Source of the DNA: an uncultured Verrucomicrobiota bacterium | Lineage (GTDB): Bacteria > Verrucomicrobiota > Verrucomicrobiia > Limisphaerales > UBA9464 | Length of the DNA: 64,000 bases | NCBI GenBank assembly: GCA_903880005.1 | Contig: CAIRNV010000282.1 | Span: 1,354 to 65,353, forward strand | Reading direction: 5' to 3' | Shown here: positions 56,838-64,000 of the stretch, in pieces | Position numbering within the stretch: the first letter of the stretch is position 1 | How the letters are laid out: each line of letters starts with the position of its first letter | The notes under the pieces: generated by a model | Databases searched by the model: none | The model's input: the letters and a program-made list of their open reading frames with translations, nothing else | Told to the model about the DNA's origin: nothing | Made by a program: the position numbers and the translations under genes

Positions 56838-58748
56838 TCACTTCTTCTCGTCGCCGCGCTTCACGGGTTCCAAGGGGGTGTCCAGCAGGTCGCGGCGCAA
56901 CTTCTCGGTCAGGTCGAGGATGACGACGTCATGCGTGTTCGTGGGCAGGACGACATACTTGCGGGTGGATGCCAGGGTGGTGCGCAGGGTCTCGAGGTAG
57001 TTGCGCGCCGGGTACACGTCGGGCGCGGCCTTGAAGGCGGCCACCTGGTGGACGAACCGCGCCGAGCGGCCTTGGGCGTCGTTCACGAGCCCCGAGGCCC
57101 CCGCCTTCGCCGCATTCACCGTCCGCGACGCCGTGGCACGCGCGGCGGGAAGGGTCTCGTTCGCGTAGCCCTCCGCCTCCAGGATGCGCGCCTCGCGCTC
57201 CTGCTCCGCGCCGATGACCTGCTCGTAGGATGCCGCCACGCGATGGTCCTTGTTGCCCATGGGCGGGTGAATGTCCTGCAACCCCACGAAGATGATCTCG
57301 GACCCCAACCCCGCGCTGGCCGACGCCTCCTGGATGCGCGCACGCAGCACGCGGGCGGCCTCGCCCCGCCCGCTGGACATCAACGTGTCGATGTCCACCG
57401 ACGCGAGGTACCGGACCACCTCGCGGTTGGCGACCTGCTCGAGCAACCGCGCGGGCTCGACGTGGTTGTAGGCCCACTGCTGGGCGTTGGTGACCACGAA
57501 CTGCACCGGGATGGAGACCGTCAGCAGGTTGGCCGGCACCGTCTGGTCCGTGTCGCCAGCCGCCGCCTGCTCGCGCGACGCCACCAGCAGGTTGAACTCC
57601 GTCTTGTAGTGAGGCCGCGTCCACAGGACGGTGTTGTCCTTCTCCAAGTTGGCGTCGGGCACGAAGCCCACGTTGAACGACTGCACCGCGCGCGTGTTGA
57701 TCCGCTGCACCGAGTCGATCGGCCACGGCAGCTTGAGGTGAAGCCCAGGGTCCAGCGTGGCCACCGGCGTCCCAAAGCGCTCCTGCAAGCCCTGCTCGCC
57801 CGGGTCGATGACCACCAACGCCGTCGAAAGCCACAGGGCCCCAGCCTGCGCGAGGACCAGCCATGCGATGGCCCCCTCCAGGAACCGGTAGAACCATGTC
57901 TCGCTGACCTTGAACCCGAACTGGTAGTCCAAGGCCTGCGCCGCAGTCGAAAACAACCCCGTGGGCTGGCCCAGGATGCCCACCAGGCGGCTCTCGTAAA
58001 TCAACCGCTGCTCCCGCCCCTTGACCCGCGGCCGGTACGCCTCGAACACCAGCGCGATGAGCGTCTCCAAGGCGATCAACCCCAGCAACACCACCGCCCC
58101 CATCGTCACGTGCCGGTCCCACGCCGGGTAGCTCGCATACGTCGCCACGCCCGTGCCCGCCGCCATGAACGACACCAACGCCCCCAACACCAAGTGGGAC
58201 GCCCCCGGGCGCACCAACGTCAGCGACGCATAACGCGCCAGCTTCGACGCGTACAACCCCAGCAACAGCAGCACCAACCCCATCCCCGCGAACGACGCGC
58301 TCGCCAGCATCGCGCGATCTGCCCCCGGCGCCGACCAACCCTTCCACGCCCGCCAGAACCACCACGCCGCCCCCGCCTGGCCTGCGAACAGCAACACGGT
58401 GAACCCCGGCACCACCCAACGCTCGAACGAGCGCCGCGCCCGTTGCGCCGGGAAGGCGTCCGCCGCCGATTCCGCAAACAGGGACGAGTCGGACCGCCTC
58501 CGGGCCAGGTCCTCCATCTCAACGCGCTCGGCCTCCTCGCGCGCGGCGAGGCGCATCTGGAACCAGCTCACCAAGGCCACCAACGCCCCCAGCATCAGGA
58601 GGGCCGCCGCGACCTCGCCGGCGGACGAGCCGGCCAGTCGCGAGAGCACCTCGGCCACCACCGCCGCCAGCAGCAGCGCCAAGAAGTTGGTCAGGCCCGT
58701 CCGGTTGAATTGCGCATCCATGGTTCCGAAAATTCCCTCCTCCCGCAT
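56838..58748 (-). CDS. Polytopic membrane domain (~300 aa) fused to a third SPFH/Band-7 domain
   Basis: Start at ATG 58748, with a 1-nt overlap (TGATG) onto the upstream stop. At least 6 hydrophobic spans, then VVIDPGEQGLQERFG...LKLPWPIDSV and GAEQEREARILEAEGYA. Confidence 0.75.
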   Translation of the reverse strand: MREEGIFGTMDAQFNRTGLTNFLALLLAAVVAEVLSRLAGSSAGEVAAALLMLGALVALVSWFQMRLAAREEAERVEMEDLARRRSDSSLFAESAADAFPAQRARRSFERWVVPGFTVLLFAGQAGAAWWFWRAWKGWSAPGADRAMLASASFAGMGLVLLLLGLYASKLARYASLTLVRPGASHLVLGALVSFMAAGTGVATYASYPAWDRHVTMGAVVLLGLIALETLIALVFEAYRPRVKGREQRLIYESRLVGILGQPTGLFSTAAQALDYQFGFKVSETWFYRFLEGAIAWLVLAQAGALWLSTALVVIDPGEQGLQERFGTPVATLDPGLHLKLPWPIDSVQRINTRAVQSFNVGFVPDANLEKDNTVLWTRPHYKTEFNLLVASREQAAAGDTDQTVPANLLTVSIPVQFVVTNAQQWAYNHVEPARLLEQVANREVVRYLASVDIDTLMSSGRGEAARVLRARIQEASASAGLGSEIIFVGLQDIHPPMGNKDHRVAASYEQVIGAEQEREARILEAEGYANETLPAARATASRTVNAAKAGASGLVNDAQGRSARFVHQVAAFKAAPDVYPARNYLETLRTTLASTRKYVVLPTNTHDVVILDLTEKLRRDLLDTPLEPVKRGDEKK

Positions 58749-59707
58749 CAGCCCAGCTCGCGTTCCTCGAACAACAGCAACGCGCACGACAACGCCACGG
58801 TGACGACCGTCGCCGCATATCCCGCCGCACGGCCCACGTAGGCCCAAGGAATCCGTCCCTTGTCCTCCAACGCCTCCGCCAGGTAGAGCTGCTGCCAGTT
58901 CGGCGTCAGGTCGTACAAGACCTGCGCCCACCACGCCCCGCCCTGCGCCGGCCGCAGGAACAGGTAGTCCGAGACCAGCCCGATCCCGAAGAACGCCAGG
59001 CACACCGCCAGCGTCGGGATCGTGTCCAGCCTCGTGGAGCACGCCAACGCCAGCGCGGCGATCATCCACAGCGCGAACAAGATCAACACCACGGCCGGCA
59101 GCAGCCTCCAGTCTGCCGCCGCCATCTCCCCGAACGCGAGCTGCTTCTGCGTCCCAAACGTCACCCACGCCGCCGCGCCCGTCGTCAACGCCATCCACGC
59201 CGCCACCGCGTCCGCCACGAAGACCCGCCGCAGGAAGAAGTTGAGGAAGCCCGCCACCCCATACGCGCCCAGTCCCGCCCCGTAGTACATGGCCAAAGCC
59301 TGCACGTCCGTGTCCCCGTACGCATCAAACGCCATCCAGCTGGACAGCAAGCCCGCCACCAGGTTGGAGCCCGTCAACAACGTCAGCGTCCCCGCCAGCC
59401 CCGCGTACTTGCCCAGGATGAAGGTCCCTCGCCCCACCGGCTTCGCGAGCACCGTCAGGGCCGTTCCCGACCGGATCTCCTGGGCCACGGACGACGAGGC
59501 GCACAGCACCGCCCCCAGCAACCCCGCCAGCAACGTCACCGCCAGGGCCATGTCCTTCACCAGCTTCGGGTCCTCTCCCAGCCCGAAATACGGCACCGCC
59601 GCGAGGAAGACGATGAAGGAACCCGACGAAGTCAGGAGCAGCAGGTAAATAGGCTGCCGCACCAACTCCATGAAGGCATTCACTGCAATCGTGAGAAACG
59701 GACGCAT
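58748..59707 (-). CDS. ABC-2-type transporter permease (NosY/COG1277-like)
   Basis: 319 aa and polytopic. AQEIRSGTALTVLAKPVGRGTFILGKY is typical of ABC-2 permeases. There is no adjacent ATPase gene. Confidence 0.75.
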   Translation of the reverse strand: MRPFLTIAVNAFMELVRQPIYLLLLTSSGSFIVFLAAVPYFGLGEDPKLVKDMALAVTLLAGLLGAVLCASSSVAQEIRSGTALTVLAKPVGRGTFILGKYAGLAGTLTLLTGSNLVAGLLSSWMAFDAYGDTDVQALAMYYGAGLGAYGVAGFLNFFLRRVFVADAVAAWMALTTGAAAWVTFGTQKQLAFGEMAAADWRLLPAVVLILFALWMIAALALACSTRLDTIPTLAVCLAFFGIGLVSDYLFLRPAQGGAWWAQVLYDLTPNWQQLYLAEALEDKGRIPWAYVGRAAGYAATVVTVALSCALLLFEERELG

Positions 59708-59911
59708 GCGCTCGGCGGAAACTGTGTGGCCTCGATCATACAGACACCCCCCGACGGGTCAATCGACGGTTGCTTCCCGCCTGCGGGCGGCCCGTTCCGC
59801 CGTTTTGCAGGCCACGTACCCTCACGCCGCGCGCCCCTGGGACCGCGCCCGTCCCCGGGCGCAGACTCCGGCCAAGCGGCCGGGGACGGCCGCGCTCCCA
59901 GGCCATGACGC

Positions 59912-60868
59912 TCACGCCCCACGCGTGCCATCGGCACCCGTCTTCACGCCGGCCGCGAGCAACGTCTCGAAGTGCGGCGGCTCGTCCTCGCGTGACACCA
60001 CGCTGACCTCGATGGAGACAAACCCGGCCTGCTCCAGCCATCGCTGCAAGTCGGCCGAGGCGAACCCCAGCCACCGGTCCCCGTACCGTTCGCGGGCCTG
60101 TTCAAACCGGTGCTGGACCAAGTCGAGGACCAGGACCTGTCCACCGGGCCGCAGGATCCGATGCGCCGCGCGGACCGCCTGGGCGGGGTCGTCCGCGTGA
60201 TGCAAGGCATGGCTCAGGATCGCCACGTCCACGCTCGCGTCGGCAACGGGCGGCCGCATGATGTCACCGAGGCGGAACTCGAGGTTCGTCATCCCGTTTT
60301 GACGCGCCTTGCGGGTCCCGAACTCCACCATGCGTTCCGAGTTGTCCACGGCGATGACCCGGCGGCAACGATGCGCCAGGAGCTCGGCCACCAAGCCCTC
60401 GCCCGACCCAAGGTCCGCGACGTCGAGGGGCGGCAACATGCGAAGCAGCAAGTGTCCCAGCGCCTGCCAAGAGCGGCCGGGCCCGTAGATGCGGTCGAAC
60501 CGGCCCGCCACGTGGTTGAAGTAGGCCTGGGCGCGCTCCTCGCGCAGCGCCAGGACCCGCCGAAGGTTGACGAGGTCCGACTCGCGCTCCGGAAGCTCGG
60601 ACGCCCCCTTGGCGGCGGATGCCACCAAGGCATCCAGCCCGCCCGGAAGCCCCGCGCAAAGGGCGTAGAAGCTGCGGCGGCCGTCCTTCCGCAACGCAAC
60701 CAACCCGGCTTCTGTCAACAGCCCGAGGTGCGTCGAGATGCGCGACTGCCCCAGCCGCGTGACCTCCTGCATCTCGTTCACCGACAACTCGCCCGCGCCC
60801 AGCAACGCGACGAGCCGCAGGCGCGTCGGGTCGGACAATGCACGCAAGGCCTTGAGGGTGTCGCCCAT
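59912..60868 (-). CDS. ArsR-family HTH regulator fused to a class I SAM-dependent methyltransferase
   Basis: LSDPTRLRLVALLGAGELSVNEMQEVTRLGQSRISTHL (ArsR HTH), then VADLGSGEGLVAELLA and RPGGQVLVLD (methyltransferase motifs). Confidence 0.85.
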   Translation of the reverse strand: MGDTLKALRALSDPTRLRLVALLGAGELSVNEMQEVTRLGQSRISTHLGLLTEAGLVALRKDGRRSFYALCAGLPGGLDALVASAAKGASELPERESDLVNLRRVLALREERAQAYFNHVAGRFDRIYGPGRSWQALGHLLLRMLPPLDVADLGSGEGLVAELLAHRCRRVIAVDNSERMVEFGTRKARQNGMTNLEFRLGDIMRPPVADASVDVAILSHALHHADDPAQAVRAAHRILRPGGQVLVLDLVQHRFEQARERYGDRWLGFASADLQRWLEQAGFVSIEVSVVSREDEPPHFETLLAAGVKTGADGTRGA

Positions 60869-61093
60869 ATCGAGGCCATCGTTCGGTCCTTCGGCCCCCG
60901 TTTCAAGCCCACCCTCCGTCCACCCACCGCCGGCGGATTGCACAGGGTTGCGGTGTTGGTGACTCGAATGCCGCCCATGGGATGAAAGAGGGAAGAAACG
61001 AGGTTGAAACCGATCTCATTCCTGTAACCCGTCCCATCCCTTCCGCCTCACCACCAGCAGCTTGGGAAGGCGATCCTCCGCACTTCCCACGCA

Positions 61094-62014
61094 TTGCGCA
61101 TGACAATGACCACGGTTCCGCACAGGGAGATTCTTGTAGATGCCGCCACGGGGGCGAGGCATCCGGTTTTTGCAGACGAGCCCGAGTTGGAATCCGATCC
61201 GAAGGCGTGGCCGTCCATCCACGTGGAGCAACGCCGCTTCGGCGCGCACGAACGAGGGCCGGTGCTGCCCTTGAACCACATGGTGATCGTCCACCTGGAT
61301 GGCGCGTCGGACATCGAGGTGGCGGACAACGGGACGTTTCGCCCGTACCGGGTGTTGCCGGGCCAAGTGAGCTTGTTTCCCGCTGGCAGCGTCTTCGCGG
61401 CACGCACGCGGTCCGCAGGTCGCTTCTACTCGGTGTCGCTGACGTCCCAATTCGTGGCCAACCACGGGATGCCGCCCGAGAGCGACGTCCTGCCGGATCT
61501 GGTTCCTTTGCGGGCCGTCACGGACGGGGTGGTGAAGACCCTTTGTGACCGGATTCGCGACGAGGTGATCGCGCGGCATCCGGACGGAAGGTTCTACGTG
61601 GAGGCGTTGGGCGCGGCCTTGGCGGCGCACCTCACGCGGAACTACCTGAAGCCCGGGGCGTCATCGACGGCGGGAAATGGGCGCGGCCTGACGCCCAACC
61701 AACTGCGGAAGGCGGTGGAGTTCATGAGGGACCGGCTGGGGCAGGAGCTGCCCTTGGAAGCGATCGCCAAGGCGGCAGGCCTGAGCGCGTTTCACTTCGC
61801 GCGTCGATTCAAGGTGGCGACGGGGTACGCGCCGCACCAATTCCTGATCCGGCAACGGATTGAACGGGCGCGACACCTGTTGATGCACACCAAGGTGTCG
61901 TTGGTCGAGGTCGCCCACCAATGCGGCTTCTGCGACCAATCCCACCTGACCAATCACTTCCGGCGCGTCACGGGCATGACCCCGCGGCGCTTTCGCAACC
62001 GGGAAGCGGAATAG
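61094..62014 (+). CDS. AraC/XylS family transcriptional regulator
   Basis: C-terminal AGLSAFHFARRFKVATGYAPHQFLIRQRIERARHLL...FCDQSHLTNHFRRVTGMTPRRFR. The N-terminus is a cupin-like sensor. Confidence 0.85.
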   Translation: MRMTMTTVPHREILVDAATGARHPVFADEPELESDPKAWPSIHVEQRRFGAHERGPVLPLNHMVIVHLDGASDIEVADNGTFRPYRVLPGQVSLFPAGSVFAARTRSAGRFYSVSLTSQFVANHGMPPESDVLPDLVPLRAVTDGVVKTLCDRIRDEVIARHPDGRFYVEALGAALAAHLTRNYLKPGASSTAGNGRGLTPNQLRKAVEFMRDRLGQELPLEAIAKAAGLSAFHFARRFKVATGYAPHQFLIRQRIERARHLLMHTKVSLVEVAHQCGFCDQSHLTNHFRRVTGMTPRRFRNREAE

Positions 62015-62064
62015 GCGCCACGCGGCGCGGGGTCGCGGGTCCAGGCGGCCCGGGACGCCGGCAT

Positions 62065-62955
62065 TTACCTCCGCGTGGAGCGCTCGGCCATCCAATAGAC
62101 GTCGCGCTTGAGGTCGGGCCGCGAGCCGATGGCGATGTTGAGCTGGAGGAGGTTGCCCTTGCGGACGGGACGCCGGAGCTCGGCGGACTTCCAGTTGTGG
62201 ATCTCGGAATGGCCGTCGGCGAAGGCGAAGCCGGCGGAGTTGCCATGATATTGGGCCGGATAATCCACCAGCTTCATCATGGAGTCGGGGCTGCCCGTCA
62301 CGAAGCCGTTCATGTCCACGACGAAGTAGCCGTCGTTGATGGAATCCTCGCGCTCGTCGAGGAGGACGAAGGTCTGGGAGGGGCCGGGGTTCGAGATGTC
62401 GGACTCCTTGAGGTAAACCTTCCAACCCGGGCCTGATTCGCCCCAGGGCGGGCCTCCCACCCAGTTGTTCATCGACATGGAACGGATGCGCGGGACCTTG
62501 CGTCTCTGGCGCGTGTCGAAGCCCATGGTGGTATCCGCCGGGCAATGCCAGATGCCGATGGAATTGCCGCAGTATTTCCAGAGCACGCTCTTCTTGGTGA
62601 ACATCTCATGGTCCCAGTTGTCCTGCCGTGATTCCTGGCCGCGCGAGGCGTCGAGCCAGCTTCCCCCCGTCCAGTTGGGCGTCTCGCGGGTGGAGCCGGG
62701 CGCGGTCCAGTTGGCGGCGCCCACGAGCCGCTCGGAGTTGTCGTCGGCATACAGCTTCCAGGCGAGCATGAGCTGCTTGGTGTTGTTCATGCACGTGACC
62801 CCTTGCGCGCGTTGCTTCGCCTTGCCCAGCGCCGGCAGGAGCATGCCCGCGAGGATGGCGATGATGGCAATGACCACGAGGAGTTCGATGAGGGTGAAGC
62901 CCGCCGGGGACTTCGGCCCGGCATGGCGCAAGGCCGTGAGACGATGAGCACGCAT
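62065..62955 (-). CDS. Prepilin-type N-terminal cleavage/methylation domain protein (PVC H-X9-DG / DUF1559-like)
   Basis: [43 protein letters not shown], and a C-terminal [13 protein letters not shown]. Confidence 0.85.
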   Translation of the reverse strand: MRAHRLTALRHAGPKSPAGFTLIELLVVIAIIAILAGMLLPALGKAKQRAQGVTCMNNTKQLMLAWKLYADDNSERLVGAANWTAPGSTRETPNWTGGSWLDASRGQESRQDNWDHEMFTKKSVLWKYCGNSIGIWHCPADTTMGFDTRQRRKVPRIRSMSMNNWVGGPPWGESGPGWKVYLKESDISNPGPSQTFVLLDEREDSINDGYFVVDMNGFVTGSPDSMMKLVDYPAQYHGNSAGFAFADGHSEIHNWKSAELRRPVRKGNLLQLNIAIGSRPDLKRDVYWMAERSTRR

Positions 62956-63084
62956 AGGATCGATAGCATGGCAACCCAGCCCGCGCCGTTTTGCAAGCGC
63001 CGAGGAACCACCTCACCCGCCGCATGAGGACGATCGGCCGACGCCTGCTGCGCCATCACCCTCCTATCAACCGAACGGGCCCGG

Positions 63085-64000
<916 letters not shown>

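Noticed and set aside
59849-59889. 10-bp stem CCGTCCCCGG...CCGGGGACGG downstream of the ArsR-methyltransferase gene as a terminator separating it from the ABC/SPFH operon
   Set aside because: It has a long 21-nt loop containing its own small hairpin, and no U-tract follows on the minus strand. I cannot distinguish a terminator from an operator or a chance GC palindrome.

Overview
GC-rich bacterial chromosomal segment. The gene content points to the PVC superphylum, most likely Verrucomicrobiota: three DUF1501 genes, a PSCyt/DUF1549/DUF1553 protein, PVC-type CxxCH dehydrogenases, prepilin-like proteins with an (A/G)[10 protein letters not shown]-terminus, and a PEP-CTERM protein. All family names come from reading motifs in the supplied ORF translations; no searches were run. 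I call about 50 CDS and find no rRNA, tRNA, CRISPR array, transposase or integrase. Layout: (1) 1-4.3 kb, a Moco oxidoreductase fragment plus a translationally coupled lipid-modification cluster (cfa / small membrane protein / DUF1295-like / second cfa-like). (2) larB-larC, a DUF47-PiT phosphate transporter pair, and a long minus-strand housekeeping run (prs-rplY-pth-rpsF-ssb-rplI, terminator, dnaB). (3) 14.4-17.8 kb, an accessory-looking cassette (DUF2946-like, prepilin-like, two choice-of-anchor-M/TIGR03769-like surface proteins) bracketed by copies of a repeat. (4) DUF1501, a TPR-redoxin protein, then a 645-aa fusion of an alpha/beta-hydrolase domain to a caspase-like domain. (5) Large periplasmic heme/dehydrogenase proteins, TerC, sugar-modifying enzymes, purC, and a radical SAM gene followed by a DUF1501-PSD operon. 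(6) trpS, then a tightly packed 8-gene minus-strand operon combining two ABC-2 permeases, three SPFH paralogues, a P1B ATPase and an ABC ATPase, downstream of an ArsR-methyltransferase fusion. (7) AraC, a prepilin-like gene and a truncated third DUF1501. The best candidate for something new is the hydrolase-caspase fusion at 21850-23787. Next are the SPFH/ABC/P1B operon, a palindromic MITE/REP-like repeat family that abuts stop codons, and two genes whose signal or leader peptide is in a different frame from the mature domain. Many long antisense ORFs in the track are GC artefacts and were rejected.
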